A stretch of 64,000 nucleotides of DNA from Terriglobales bacterium. Lineage in GTDB: Bacteria; Chloroflexota; Dormibacteria; Dormibacterales; Dormibacteraceae. Made by a program: the position numbers and the translations under genes. The DNA lies in NCBI GenBank assembly GCA_035638495.1, contig DASQZW010000251.1, positions 33,452 to 97,451 on the forward strand, given 5' to 3'. The notes beneath the pieces are model-generated. The model had not been told where the DNA came from, did not search any database, and worked only from the letters and a program-made list of their open reading frames with translations. This document shows positions 28,228 through 39,748 of this stretch, in pieces (within the stretch, counting starts at the first letter, position 1; the number at the start of each line of letters is the position of its first letter).

Positions 28228-29949
28228 GTGAGCAACAGCGACTCGGAAAGGCAGTTCGACCGGTTCCTGGCCGAATGGTCGCGCCGGGACTTCCTGCGCG
28301 GCATGGGAGGCGCGCTCGCCTTCTCGGCGTTCCTGGCCGGCGGCGTCGAGTTCCTCGAGGCCTGCGGCGGCAACTCGGCGCAGAGCAGTACGCAGAACGC
28401 GGTGAAGGGCGGTCACATCGTCGAGGGTGTGATCTCGGACATCGGCAACGTCAACCCCATCTTCATCAACGACACCGCCAGTTCCACGATCGGCTACCTG
28501 GCGTACGCCCGGCTGATCACGGTTGACGCGTACACCGCCAACCTGCTGCCCGAGATGGCGACCGCCGTCCCCAAGGTCGAGGCCGACCAGGTGACGTACA
28601 AGGTCACCCTCAAGGACGGCATCAAGTGGTCGGACGGCCAGCCGATCACGGCCGACGACGTGGTCTTCACGTTCCAGCTGATGTACGACCCGCAGTACAA
28701 GGCGGTCACGTCCCGCTTCCGGTCACAGCTGGAGGCGCACCTCGAGAGCGTCACGGCGCCGGACCAGAAGACCGTCATCTTCAAGACCAAGGGCCCGTAC
28801 GCCCCGTTCATCATCAGCTTCCTGGGGATCGGGATCCTGCCCAAGCACGTGTGGTCCACGCTCGCGCCTGCGGCGATCAACTCGAGCCCGATGAACCAGG
28901 TGCCGACCGTGGTCAGCGGAGCCATGATCCCCGTCAAGTGGGACAAGGGCACCCAGTACGAGATGAAGCGCAACGACCTGTTCTTCAAGGGCAAGACCCA
29001 TCTCGACAGCTACTTCTTCAAGGTCGTGGCCGACGCCGTCCAGGTCGCCAACCAGCTCAAGACCGGCGAGATCGACGTCGGTTCCCCCGACCTCGGGCAG
29101 TGGGACTCCCTCGCCAGCGTCCAGAACATCGACCGCCTCAGCTACGTGGCGCCATCGTTCGACTACTACATCCACAACCTCGACCCGGCGAAGACGCCGA
29201 AGGCGGCCATCTTCGGCGACGTGCAGGTGCGCCGTGCGCTGCTGACCGCGCTCGACCGGAAGGCGGTCGCGGCGAAGGTGTACTTCGGCCTGGCGGCCCC
29301 GGCGGACTCGTCGGTGAGCGGCGCGCAGTGGGTCCACACCACCCCCAAGACGCAGTACCCCTTCAGCATCTCGAAGGCCGAGCAGATGCTCGACGCGGCG
29401 GGCTGGGTCAAGGGCTCCGACGGCGTCCGGGCCAAGAACGGCGTGCGCATGGAGTGGGAGCTCCGGACCAACACGGGCAACAAGGTCCGCGAGACCCTGA
29501 TCACGGTGCTCGCCGACCAGTGGAAGCAGATCGGCGCCAACGTCACCACCAACCCGGTGCAGTTCCCGCAGCTGGTCACGCAGCTCAGCCAGACGCGCGA
29601 GTTCGAGATGATCCTGATCGGCATCTCGGAGGGCCTCGACCCCGACACGACGCAGCTCTGGAGCTCGAAGTCCATCGGCGGCGGGGCGCTGAACGGCGCC
29701 GGCTACAAGAACTCGAAGGTCGACGACCTGCTCGACCAGGCGGTCGTGACCCTCGACCGTGAGAAGCGCAAGGGCCTGTACCAGCAGCTCCAGGAGATCC
29801 TCATGGAGGACCTGCCCGCGCCGCTGGTCACCTACCCCAAATCGGTGTGGGGCATCAGCAAGCGCGTCAAGAACTGGGGCGTCGGCCCCTGGAACGGCGC
29901 CTCGCCGCGGCCCTGGTTCAACACGGTCTACGTCACGGACGGCAAGTAG
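28228..29949 (+). CDS. ABC transporter substrate-binding protein, family 5 (peptide/nickel, DppA/OppA-like), TAT-lipoprotein
   Basis: SRRDFLRGMGG twin-arginine motif followed by LEACGG lipobox. Family 5 SBP body. Confidence 0.85.
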   Translation: MSNSDSERQFDRFLAEWSRRDFLRGMGGALAFSAFLAGGVEFLEACGGNSAQSSTQNAVKGGHIVEGVISDIGNVNPIFINDTASSTIGYLAYARLITVDAYTANLLPEMATAVPKVEADQVTYKVTLKDGIKWSDGQPITADDVVFTFQLMYDPQYKAVTSRFRSQLEAHLESVTAPDQKTVIFKTKGPYAPFIISFLGIGILPKHVWSTLAPAAINSSPMNQVPTVVSGAMIPVKWDKGTQYEMKRNDLFFKGKTHLDSYFFKVVADAVQVANQLKTGEIDVGSPDLGQWDSLASVQNIDRLSYVAPSFDYYIHNLDPAKTPKAAIFGDVQVRRALLTALDRKAVAAKVYFGLAAPADSSVSGAQWVHTTPKTQYPFSISKAEQMLDAAGWVKGSDGVRAKNGVRMEWELRTNTGNKVRETLITVLADQWKQIGANVTTNPVQFPQLVTQLSQTREFEMILIGISEGLDPDTTQLWSSKSIGGGALNGAGYKNSKVDDLLDQAVVTLDREKRKGLYQQLQEILMEDLPAPLVTYPKSVWGISKRVKNWGVGPWNGASPRPWFNTVYVTDGK

Positions 29950-29966
29950 AGCCGGTCTCGAGCACA

Positions 29967-31004
29967 ATGCTCGCCAAGTTCGTCCTGCGGAGGGCGCTGG
30001 CCGCGATCCCGGTCGTGGTCGGCGTCACCGTGATCACGTTCGTCCTGATGCACAGCACGGCCGGGGCCTACGTCCCCGGCCTTTCCCTCAACCCCAACCT
30101 GACGGCGGCGCAGGTCTCGCTGCTGCGCTCGCAGCTCGGCCTCGACCAGCCGCTCTGGATCCAGTACCTGGACTGGACCGGGGTGGCCTGGCTGATGCAG
30201 CACGCAGGTCTGGGCGGGCTGCTGGTCGGCGCCCACGACATCACGCCGGGAATGCTGGAGGGCAGCTTCGGCCAGTCGATGGTGGACGGCACGGCGGTGA
30301 GCAGCCAGGTCTTCGACCGCCTGCCCAACACCATCCTGCTCACGGTCACGGCGATCCTGATCGGCATCGTGCTGTCCATTCCGCTGGGGGTCATCGCCGC
30401 GACGCGGCGCGGCACGCGCACCGACCACGTCCTGACGGGCGTGTCGGTGGCGGGCGTCGCCGTTCCGCAGTTCTGGCTGGGACTGCTCCTGATCCTGCTC
30501 TTCTCGGTGCAGCTCCACGCCTGGGGTCTGCCGTTCCTGCCCTCGGGCGGCGTGATGACGCCGTTCACGGGCGGTGACATGATCGACCGGCTCGCGCACC
30601 TGCTCATGCCGGCCACCGTCCTTTCGTTCGTGTACCTCGCCATCTGGTCCCGCTTCACGCGGTCGAGCATGGTCGAGGTCCTCTCCCAGGACTACGTCCG
30701 CACAGCGCGCGCGAAGGGCATGGGGGACCGGCGGGTGCGGTACGTCCACGCGCTGCGCAACGCGATCATCCCGCTGGTGACCCTGGTCGGGCTCGAGCTG
30801 CCCGGCCTGGTCAGCGGCGCCCTGGTGGTCGAGGTGGTGTTCAGCTGGCCGGGCATCGGGCTGCTCGCCTACCAGCGCGCGCTGGCCTACGACTACACGA
30901 TGGTGCTCGGCATCGTCACCTTCGCGTCGATCCTGGTCGTCGCGGGCAACCTCATCGCGGACCTGATGTACGCGGTCCTCGACCCGAGGATCCGGCTCGC
31001 ATGA
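29967..31004 (+). CDS. ABC transporter permease (DppB/OppB-like)
   Basis: N-terminus MLAKFVLRRALAAIPVV. YVRTARAKG motif in the EAA loop region. Confidence 0.85.
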   Translation: MLAKFVLRRALAAIPVVVGVTVITFVLMHSTAGAYVPGLSLNPNLTAAQVSLLRSQLGLDQPLWIQYLDWTGVAWLMQHAGLGGLLVGAHDITPGMLEGSFGQSMVDGTAVSSQVFDRLPNTILLTVTAILIGIVLSIPLGVIAATRRGTRTDHVLTGVSVAGVAVPQFWLGLLLILLFSVQLHAWGLPFLPSGGVMTPFTGGDMIDRLAHLLMPATVLSFVYLAIWSRFTRSSMVEVLSQDYVRTARAKGMGDRRVRYVHALRNAIIPLVTLVGLELPGLVSGALVVEVVFSWPGIGLLAYQRALAYDYTMVLGIVTFASILVVAGNLIADLMYAVLDPRIRLA

Positions 31005-31924
31005 TCGGCCAGGGAACCGTCGAGGAGCTCCAGCTCGCCGGCGCCGAATTGGCCGGAATGGTCGGGCGTCCCGCCCAGAGCTACTGGTCGGAGTCGGTCG
31101 AGCGCCTGCGCGCCAACCACATCGGGATGGCCGCCGGCTACCTGATCCTGTTCCTGGCGGTGGTCGCCGTCATGGCTCCCCTCGCCTCGCAGTTCGTCAC
31201 CCACTACGACCCGACGAAGCAGGACCTCTACAGCCAGTTCCTGGGGCCGGGCCGCCAGCACTGGCTCGGCGCGGACGAGACCGGGCGCGACACGTTCACC
31301 CGGCTCGTCTGGGGGGCACGCGTCTCGCTGGGCGTCGGCTTCCTGACGGTCGGCATGCAGATCGTGGTCGGCGGAGGGGTCGGTCTCCTCGCCGGCTTCT
31401 TCGGCGGCTGGATCGACAACCTGCTCATGCGCATCGTCGACATGGTGCTGGCCATCCCGGCCATCTTCCTCTTCATCCTGATGAGCATCCTGTTCACGCC
31501 GAACACCCTGACGCTCTCGATGATCATCGCCTCGGTGGGATGGGGCGGCGTGGCGAGGCTCGTGCGGGGCGAGACCCTGTCCGTGCGCGGCCGTGACTTC
31601 ATGCTGGCGACGCGCTCACTGGGGGCGTCCAACCTGCGGCTGATGCTGCGGCACCTCCTGCCGAACGTCCTGCCCGTGATGATCGTGGCCGCGAGCCTGG
31701 GCGTCGGGGCCATCATCCTGGCGGAGGCGGCGCTCGACTTCCTCGGGTTCGGCATCCACCCGCCCACGGCGAGTTGGGGAAACATGCTGTCGAACGCGCA
31801 GACCTACTTCGCCCACTCGATCTGGCTCGTCATCTTTCCCGGGATCATGATCTTCGTCACCGTCCTCGCCGCGAACCTGTTCGGCAACGCGGTGCGTGAC
31901 GCGTTCGACCCGAGGTTGCGGTGA
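31001..31924 (+). CDS. ABC transporter permease (DppC/OppC-like)
   Basis: ATGA overlap with the upstream gene. HWLGADETGRD motif. The C-terminal 40 codons are nearly identical to 36070-36193. Confidence 0.85.
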   Translation: MIGQGTVEELQLAGAELAGMVGRPAQSYWSESVERLRANHIGMAAGYLILFLAVVAVMAPLASQFVTHYDPTKQDLYSQFLGPGRQHWLGADETGRDTFTRLVWGARVSLGVGFLTVGMQIVVGGGVGLLAGFFGGWIDNLLMRIVDMVLAIPAIFLFILMSILFTPNTLTLSMIIASVGWGGVARLVRGETLSVRGRDFMLATRSLGASNLRLMLRHLLPNVLPVMIVAASLGVGAIILAEAALDFLGFGIHPPTASWGNMLSNAQTYFAHSIWLVIFPGIMIFVTVLAANLFGNAVRDAFDPRLR

Positions 31925-31950
31925 CCGTTCGCCGACATCCCCCACCCCGA

Positions 31951-31972
31951 CCCTCCCCCCGGCGGGGGAGGG
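31951..31972. repeat. Solo hairpin CCCTCCCCC-CGGC-GGGGGAGGG of the repeat family (terminator-like)
   Basis: 9-bp stem between convergent genes (31924 end, 31986 end). Confidence 0.8.
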
Positions 31973-31985
31973 CGGCGGGGCGGAC

Positions 31986-32276
31986 CTACATGCGGATCAG
32001 CTCCGTCGAGACATCGGCCACCCGGGCCTCGACCGCGGACCGCTCCACGAAGGACAGGATGTGTGCGAGCACCTCGTCGCAGTGCGCGCCCTCGGCGCTG
32101 ACGCAGGCGATGCCCAGGTGGGCCAGCTGCCAGCGGTCCCGCTCGCCGATTTCCGCTGCCGCGACCTGGAACTGCTGCCGGACGCGCCGGAGCAGGCCGC
32201 CGACCACCTGGCGCTTGGCCTTCAGGGAACCACTATTTGGGAGGTGAAGGGTTAGTCTGAGTATGCCGATGACCAT
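31986..32276 (-). CDS. DUF503 (YlxP-like) protein
   Basis: 96 aa: LRLTLHLPNSGSLKAKRQVVGGLLRRVRQQFQVAAAEIGERDRWQ matches the DUF503 pattern. Confidence 0.7.
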   Translation of the reverse strand: MVIGILRLTLHLPNSGSLKAKRQVVGGLLRRVRQQFQVAAAEIGERDRWQLAHLGIACVSAEGAHCDEVLAHILSFVERSAVEARVADVSTELIRM

Positions 32277-32298
32277 GATGGGGCCGTCCTGCGGGATT

Positions 32299-32328
32299 TT
32301 GACGAGCCGTCGAGACAGGTTCCATAAT
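32299..32328 (+). promoter_or_regulatory. Sigma-70-like promoter TTGACG-N18-CATAAT for ABC operon 2
   Basis: Same hexamers as 28140-28168, 69 nt upstream of ATG 32397. Confidence 0.55.
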
Positions 32329-32396
32329 GCCGGGGATTCCCGCCTGATCGTTGGGCGGACGTTGGTTGATCATGGGGGAGGGGACTGGAGGATCCA

Positions 32397-34139
32397 ATGG
32401 GGAGCAGCACGCCCGACGGTTTCGACAACTTTGAGAGGTTTCTGAAGGAGTGGTCCCGTAGGGACTTCCTTCGGGGGATGGGAGGCGCCGCGGCGTTCGC
32501 GGCCTTCACGGCCGGCGGTCTGGAGTTCCTGGAGGCCTGCGGGAACAGCGGCTCCTCGGCGAGCCCGACCACGCCGACCGGCAAGAAGGGCGGCCACCTG
32601 GTCGAGGGCAACTTCAGCGACATCTCGAAGTTGAACTCGGTCCTCTCGTCCGACACCGCCAGCGGCCAGGTCATCTCGATGCTGTTCGAGGGACTGCTGG
32701 TGAGCAAGCCGAACGGCGACCTGGTGCCGGGCCTGGCGTCGGCGATGCCGCAGGTCTCGTCCGACGGCACGACCTACACGTTCAAGCTCCGGTCCAACCT
32801 GAAGTGGTCGGACGGCCAGCCGCTGACGAGCGACGACGTCCTGTTCACGTTCAACATGATGTTCGCGCCCGACTACAAGGACGTGAACTCGCCGCGGCGC
32901 TCCGACCTCGAGCTCAACATGCAGAGCATCGCCGCGCCGGACCCGCAGACGATCGTCTTCAAGACGAAGACCGTCTGGGCGCCGTTCCTCGCCCTGCACG
33001 CGCAGCGCGAGATCATGCCCAAGCACGTGCTCGGCAGCCTGGCGCCGAAGGACATCAACACCGCCGACTTCAACAGTGGCCCGAGCGCCACGAACGGCGC
33101 GTTCAAGTTCGTCCGCTGGGACAAGGGCCAGCAGGTGGTGCTCGGCCGGAACGAGAACTACTGGCGCGGCCAGACCTTCCTCGACCAGTACGTCTACAAG
33201 GTGCTGCCCGACTCGGTGACGGTGGCCAACCAGCTCAAGACCGGCGAGCTCGACTTCGGGCCGGTGGACCCTTCTCTGTGGGACAGCCTGGCGACGGTCG
33301 ACACGATCAACCGGGTGGAGCCGTTCGGCGTGCCCACGTTCACCTTCTACGCCTACAACCTCGACCCGGCAAAGCCGGCGGGCAAGCTGTTCGCCGACAA
33401 GGCGGTGCGGCAGGCGCTCCTCCTCGCCCTGGACCGGAAGGCGATGGCGGACCGCGTCTACTTCGGTCAGGCCACGGTCGCCGACTCGGTCGAGCCGCCC
33501 ATCTCCTGGGCGCACAGCAACGCCAAGCCGCAGTTCGGCTTCGACAAGAGCAAGGCGGAGTCGATGCTCGACGCGGCCGGCTGGGCCAAGGGCGCGGACG
33601 GCATCCGCGCCAAGGGCGGCGTGCCGCTGAAGTTCGCGATGATCACCAACCAGGGCAACAAGCAGCGCGAGAGCCTGCTCCAGATCATGCAGCAGTCCTG
33701 GTCGGACATCGGCGTCTCCGCGACGCCCCAGCTCATCCAGTTCCCGCAGCTCGTCACCCAGATCACGAACCAGCGCACCTTCGACGTCTTCCTGGTCGGC
33801 TTCAACTTCACCCAGGACCCCGACGAGTCGCAGCTCTTCGCCAGCACGTCCAGCAACCCCGGCGGGTTCAACGGCTTCCTCTTCAAGAACCCGCAGGTCG
33901 ACCAGGTGCTGAGCCAGGCGGCCAGCACCCTGGACCAGGGCAAGCGCAAGCAGCTGTACGCGCAGTTCCAGGACCTGATGGCCGACCAGCAGCCGGCGCC
34001 GATCCTCGTGTTCAACAAGGGCCTCTGGGCCGTCAGCAAGCGCGTGCTGGGACTCACGAACAGCGTCTTCGGCCCGTTCAACCAGTACGGCTCGCGGTCC
34101 CTGTTCTTCAAGGACGTGTCGGTCAGCGACCAGAAGTGA
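32397..34139 (+). CDS. ABC transporter substrate-binding protein, family 5, TAT-lipoprotein (paralogue of 28228..29949)
   Basis: SRRDFLRGMGG + LEACGN. Alignable along its whole length with the first SBP. Confidence 0.85.
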   Translation: MGSSTPDGFDNFERFLKEWSRRDFLRGMGGAAAFAAFTAGGLEFLEACGNSGSSASPTTPTGKKGGHLVEGNFSDISKLNSVLSSDTASGQVISMLFEGLLVSKPNGDLVPGLASAMPQVSSDGTTYTFKLRSNLKWSDGQPLTSDDVLFTFNMMFAPDYKDVNSPRRSDLELNMQSIAAPDPQTIVFKTKTVWAPFLALHAQREIMPKHVLGSLAPKDINTADFNSGPSATNGAFKFVRWDKGQQVVLGRNENYWRGQTFLDQYVYKVLPDSVTVANQLKTGELDFGPVDPSLWDSLATVDTINRVEPFGVPTFTFYAYNLDPAKPAGKLFADKAVRQALLLALDRKAMADRVYFGQATVADSVEPPISWAHSNAKPQFGFDKSKAESMLDAAGWAKGADGIRAKGGVPLKFAMITNQGNKQRESLLQIMQQSWSDIGVSATPQLIQFPQLVTQITNQRTFDVFLVGFNFTQDPDESQLFASTSSNPGGFNGFLFKNPQVDQVLSQAASTLDQGKRKQLYAQFQDLMADQQPAPILVFNKGLWAVSKRVLGLTNSVFGPFNQYGSRSLFFKDVSVSDQK

Positions 34140-34153
34140 TCTGCAGTGACCGG

Positions 34154-34250
34154 ACCCTCCCCCGTGACCGGGGGAGGGTGATCTTCCTTCCGGTGGTGCC
34201 GGAGTGGGCGACCCCCACCCCCTCCCCCGTCCCCCGGGGCGGAGGTGGGG
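34154..34250. repeat. Repeat-family hairpin ACCCTCCCCCG-TGAC-CGGGGGAGGGT plus a degenerate second module, inside the SBP-permease spacer
   Basis: 11-bp perfect stem at 34154-34179. GGCGACCCCCACCCCCTCCCCC...GGAGGTGGGG remnant at 34207-34250. Confidence 0.8.
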
Positions 34251-34304
34251 AAGGCTCGCTCGCTTCGCGTCGCTCGATCGTTGCGGTTCTGTCGGTGGTG
34301 CACC

Positions 34305-35276
34305 GTGCTCGCTAAGTACGTGCTGAGGCGGCTGGCGGCTGCCATCCCGGTCGTGCTGGGCGTGACGATCCTGACCTTTCTCGTGATGCACGCGACGGCC
34401 GGCAACTACGTGCCGGGCCTCGATTACAACCCCAACCTCAAGGCCGCCGACATCGCGCGCATCCGGGCGAACCTGGGGCTGGACCGGCCGATCTGGGTCC
34501 AGTACCTGTCGTGGCTGGGCGGGATGCTGCACGGCGACTTCGGTCGCTCGCTCATCGACGGCAGCCCGGTCATGAGCCACATCCTCGAGCGCCTCCCCAA
34601 CACCCTGGAGCTGACGATCACCGCGATCCTGCTGGGGGTCCTGATCTCGATCCCGCTCGGGGTCACCGGCGCGCTGCGCCGGGGCGGCAAGGTCGACAAC
34701 TTCTTCACGGTGCTGTCGACCGCCGGCTTCGCGATCCCGCAGTTCTGGTTGGGCCTGATCCTCATCCTCTTCTTCTCCGTGCAGCTGCATGCCTGGGGCC
34801 TGCCGTGGATGCCGTCGAGCGGCGCCTTCAGCGCGTTCAACGGCGGCGACCCGCTCGACCGACTCCTACACCTGGTCATGCCGGCCGTCGTCCTGTCCTT
34901 CTTCTACCTGTCCGTGTGGTCACGCTTCGTCCGCTCGAGCATGGTCGAGGTGCTGTCCCTGGACTACGTGCGGACTGCTCGGGCCAAGGGCATGCCCGAG
35001 CGGCGGGTCGTATACCAGCACGCGCTGCGCAACGCGATCATCCCGCTGGTCACGCTGGTCGGCCTCGAGCTGCCCGCCCTGGTGAGCGGCGGCCTCGTCG
35101 TCGAGGTGGTCTTCGGCTGGCCCGGAATCGGCAGGCTGCTGTACGAACGGGCGCTCCAGCTCGACTACACGACGGTGATGGGCATCACCACGTTCGCCGC
35201 ACTGCTGGTCGTCATCGGCAACCTGCTTGCCGACGTGCTGTACGCGGTCCTGGACCCGCGAGTCCGCTACTCATGA
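34305..35276 (+). CDS. ABC transporter permease (DppB/OppB-like)
   Basis: VLAKYVLRRLAAAIPVV aligns with the paralogue's start MLAKFVLRR, so GTG 34305 is chosen over 34245. Confidence 0.85.
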   Translation: MLAKYVLRRLAAAIPVVLGVTILTFLVMHATAGNYVPGLDYNPNLKAADIARIRANLGLDRPIWVQYLSWLGGMLHGDFGRSLIDGSPVMSHILERLPNTLELTITAILLGVLISIPLGVTGALRRGGKVDNFFTVLSTAGFAIPQFWLGLILILFFSVQLHAWGLPWMPSSGAFSAFNGGDPLDRLLHLVMPAVVLSFFYLSVWSRFVRSSMVEVLSLDYVRTARAKGMPERRVVYQHALRNAIIPLVTLVGLELPALVSGGLVVEVVFGWPGIGRLLYERALQLDYTTVMGITTFAALLVVIGNLLADVLYAVLDPRVRYS

Positions 35277-36193
35277 TCGACGAGACGCTGACCAAGATCG
35301 ATGTCGCGCCCGAGCGCGTGGCTCCGCACCCGGAGCGACCGGCCAAGAGCTTCTGGCGCGAGTCGCTGGAGCGCCTGCGTGAGAACCGGCTCGGGATGGT
35401 CGCGGGCGGCCTGATCGCGCTGCTCGCCCTGATCGCCATCTGCGCGCCGCTGATCTCCGCCCTCATCACGCATTACGACCCCGCCCGGCAGGACCTCGAG
35501 AACAACTTCGCGATGCCCGGACGCCTCCACTGGCTGGGGTCCGACGAGCTGGGCCGGGACACGCTGACCAGGCTCGTCTGGGGCGCGCGGATCTCGCTCG
35601 GCGTCGGTTTTCTGACCGTCGGCATCCAGCTCACGTTCGGGGCCGCGATCGGACTGATCGCGGGCTACTACGGTCGGGTCGTGGACGACGTGTCGATGCG
35701 CGTGGTGGACGTCGTCCTCGCCTTCCCGCCCATCTTCCTGTTCATCGGCCTGTCGATCCTGTTCCGGCCCAGCACGCTGACGCTGTCGCTCATCATCGCG
35801 TTCGTCGGCTGGAGCGTGGTCGCACGCCTGGTGCGGGGCGAGGTGCTCTCGATCAAGAACCGCGACTTCATGATGGCGACCCGTTCGATCGGCGCCCGCG
35901 ACCTGCGCCTCATCGTCGCCCACCTGCTGCCCAACGCCATGCCGGTGATGATCGTGTCGGCCAGCCTCGCGCTCGGTCAGATCATCCTGATCGAGGCGGC
36001 GCTGGACTTCCTCGGCCTCGGCATCCAGCCGCCGACCGCGAGCTGGGGCAACATGCTCACGAACGCGCAGACGTATTTCGTGCATTCGGTGTGGCTGGTG
36101 ATCTTCCCGGGCATTACGATCTTCGTCACCGTGCTCGCCGCGAACCTGTTCGGCAACGCCGTCCGCGACGCGTTCGACCCCAGGCTGCGGTGA
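35273..36193 (+). CDS. ABC transporter permease (DppC/OppC-like)
   Basis: ATGA overlap with the upstream gene. HWLGSDELGRD motif. Confidence 0.85.
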   Translation: MIDETLTKIDVAPERVAPHPERPAKSFWRESLERLRENRLGMVAGGLIALLALIAICAPLISALITHYDPARQDLENNFAMPGRLHWLGSDELGRDTLTRLVWGARISLGVGFLTVGIQLTFGAAIGLIAGYYGRVVDDVSMRVVDVVLAFPPIFLFIGLSILFRPSTLTLSLIIAFVGWSVVARLVRGEVLSIKNRDFMMATRSIGARDLRLIVAHLLPNAMPVMIVSASLALGQIILIEAALDFLGLGIQPPTASWGNMLTNAQTYFVHSVWLVIFPGITIFVTVLAANLFGNAVRDAFDPRLR

Positions 36194-36282
36194 GTCTGCA
36201 AGTGGGGGCACATTCGCTCGGGCGGAGCCCGTTGCTGCGCCCTGTGCCCGGTGTCGCGAAGTGACGAAGAGGGGGGACTACG

Positions 36283-37291
36283 ATGCCTGAGCACCTGCTC
36301 GAGGTACGGGGACTGAAGACGCAGTTCCCGATGAAGGACGGCCTCGTGAAAGCCGTCGACGGCGTCGACTTCCACGTCGACCCGGGCGAGACGCTCGGGA
36401 TCGTCGGCGAGTCCGGGTCGGGCAAGTCGATGACGGTGCTCAGCCTGATGCGCCTCCTGCCTCGGCCGGGCCGCATCGTGGAGGGCAGGGTGCTGTACAA
36501 GGGCCGCGAACTCACGACCGCCTCGGAGCCCGAGATGCAGGAGATCCGCGGAGCCGAGATCGCGATGATCTTCCAGGACCCGATGACCTCGCTCAACCCC
36601 GTCTACCGGACGGGCTGGCAGGTGGGCGAGCCGCTGCGGCTGCACAAGGCGATGGACCTGGGGCGATCGCTGAAGGAGGCGATCGCGATGTTCCTGAAGG
36701 TGGGCATCCCGGAGCCGAACAACCGCATCCAGAGCTATCCGCACGAGTTCTCGGGCGGCATGCGGCAGCGCGCCATGATCGCCATGGGCCTGACCACGGC
36801 GCCCTCCGTGCTGATCGCCGACGAGCCGACCACGGCGCTGGACGTGACGATCCAGGCGCAGATCCTCGAACTGCTGAAGCAGGTCAACCGGGAATTCGGC
36901 ACCGCGACGATCCTGATCACGCACAACCTGGGCGTCGTGGCCGGGATGTGCGAGCGGGTGATGGTCATGTACGCGGGCCGGGTGGTCGAGGAGGGACCGA
37001 CTGAGGACGTCTTCGCGAGCCCCAAGCACCCGTACACCTGGTCGCTCCTGCAGTCGATCCCCCGGCTCGACGCCGAAGAGCACGAGGTGCTGCGCGCGAT
37101 CGAGGGGCTGCCGCCGGACCTGAGCAGCCTGCCCACCGGCTGTGCGTTCCACCCGCGGTGTCCCTTCCGCGTGGATCGCTGCGTGGAGCAGACGCCCGCG
37201 CTCGAGCAGGTGGGCTCGACGCAGCGCGCGGCGTGCTGGGTGACCCAGGGCGGCGGCGAGCTCGCGGCGGTGGCCTCGCGCAAGGAGGGAG

Positions 37292-37308
<17 letters not shown>
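36283..37308 (+). CDS. ABC transporter ATP-binding protein (DppD/OppD-like)
   Basis: GESGSGKS Walker A, FSGGMRQR signature and [11 protein letters not shown] Walker B. Confidence 0.9.
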
Positions 37309-38329
<1,021 letters not shown>

Positions 38330-38344
38330 GGAGCGTCGTCCCTG

Positions 38345-39718
38345 ATGAGCCTCGAACGTGCCCTGGACCTTGCGCGCGCCGGTCGCGGCGTCGCCGAAGC
38401 CGACTTCTTCGAGGAGCTGCGCATCCCGAGCGTCAGCACGCTCCCCTCACATCGTGACGACGTCCGCCGCAACTGCGAGTGGCTGGCGGACCGCTTCCGG
38501 TCGCTGGGCCTGGACGCGAGCATCACGGACGTGGTGGACGGCGGGCACCCGGTGCTGCGCGCGGACTGGCGCGGGGCTGGCGAGGCGCCCACGCTGACGC
38601 TCTACGGCCACTACGACGTCCAGCCGCCGGACCCCGTCGAGGAGTGGGTGTCGCCTCCGTTCGAGCCGACGGTGCGCGATGGGCTCGTGTACGCCCGTGG
38701 CTCGGCCGACAACAAGGGCAACCACATGGCGGCGCTGAAGGCGGCCGAGCACGCGCTGGCCGCCGGCGGTCCGCCGGTCAACTTGCGGTTCCTGCTGGAG
38801 GGTGAGGAGGAGATCACCGGCCCGTCGCTGCCGACGTACGTCCGGCAGCACGCCGCCGACCTGGCGACCGACTACGTGCTGGTGTGGGACGGTGGCTTCT
38901 CGCCCGACGGCCGTCCCGAGCTGGTGACGGGTCTCCGCGGGATCCTCTACGTCGAACTGGAGGCCGCGGGTCCGGCCATCGACCTGCACTCCGGCGGCTT
39001 CGGGGGCAACGCGCCCAACCCGCTCAACACGCTGGCGCGCATCCTCGGGGAGCTGAAGGACCGCGACGGGAGGATCACGATCCCGGGGTTCTACGACGGC
39101 GTCCGGCCGCCGGAGACCGGGGAGATGGCGGACTGGGACCGGAGCGCGGAGTTCGGCGAGACGCTTCGCGGCCTGATGCGGGCCAGCGTGCTGGAGGGCG
39201 AGTCCGAGTACAGCGCCGCCGAGCGGGCGTGGTCGCGGCCGACGCTCGACGTCAACGGCTTCGTCGGCGGGTTCACGGGCGAGGGCAAGAAGACCGTCAT
39301 CCCGGCGAGGGGCAGCGCCAAGGTCTCCATGCGGCTGGTGCCCGGACAGGACCCGATGCGGATCCTCGACGCGCTTCGCGAGTACGTGGACGAGCTGACG
39401 ACGCCCGGCGTCCGGGTCGAGGTGAAGCTGCTGGGCGCGGCCCCGCCGGTGCTGACGGGGGCGTCACACCCGGGCGCGGTGGCGCTCGCCTCGGCGTTCG
39501 AGGCGTCCTTCGGCTTGCCCGCCGCCCGGCTGCGAACGGGTGGGTCGATCCCGGTGGCCATCGACTTCCAGGAGGCGCTGGGCGCGCCGATGATGATCAG
39601 CGGCCTGTCGCAGCCGGGGTCGGGGGCGCACTCGCCGAACGAGAAGTTCAGCCTGGACCACTTCCACCGCGGCACCGAGGCGCTCATCCGCCTCATGTGG
39701 TCCCTGGGGCCGACCTAG
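38345..39718 (+). CDS. M20 family dipeptidase
   Basis: YGHYDVQPPDP, GSADNKG and LLEGEEE motifs. Confidence 0.85.
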   Translation: MSLERALDLARAGRGVAEADFFEELRIPSVSTLPSHRDDVRRNCEWLADRFRSLGLDASITDVVDGGHPVLRADWRGAGEAPTLTLYGHYDVQPPDPVEEWVSPPFEPTVRDGLVYARGSADNKGNHMAALKAAEHALAAGGPPVNLRFLLEGEEEITGPSLPTYVRQHAADLATDYVLVWDGGFSPDGRPELVTGLRGILYVELEAAGPAIDLHSGGFGGNAPNPLNTLARILGELKDRDGRITIPGFYDGVRPPETGEMADWDRSAEFGETLRGLMRASVLEGESEYSAAERAWSRPTLDVNGFVGGFTGEGKKTVIPARGSAKVSMRLVPGQDPMRILDALREYVDELTTPGVRVEVKLLGAAPPVLTGASHPGAVALASAFEASFGLPAARLRTGGSIPVAIDFQEALGAPMMISGLSQPGSGAHSPNEKFSLDHFHRGTEALIRLMWSLGPT

Positions 39719-39748
39719 GTCGATCTCTCGCACCTGGTGGCGCGCTGG

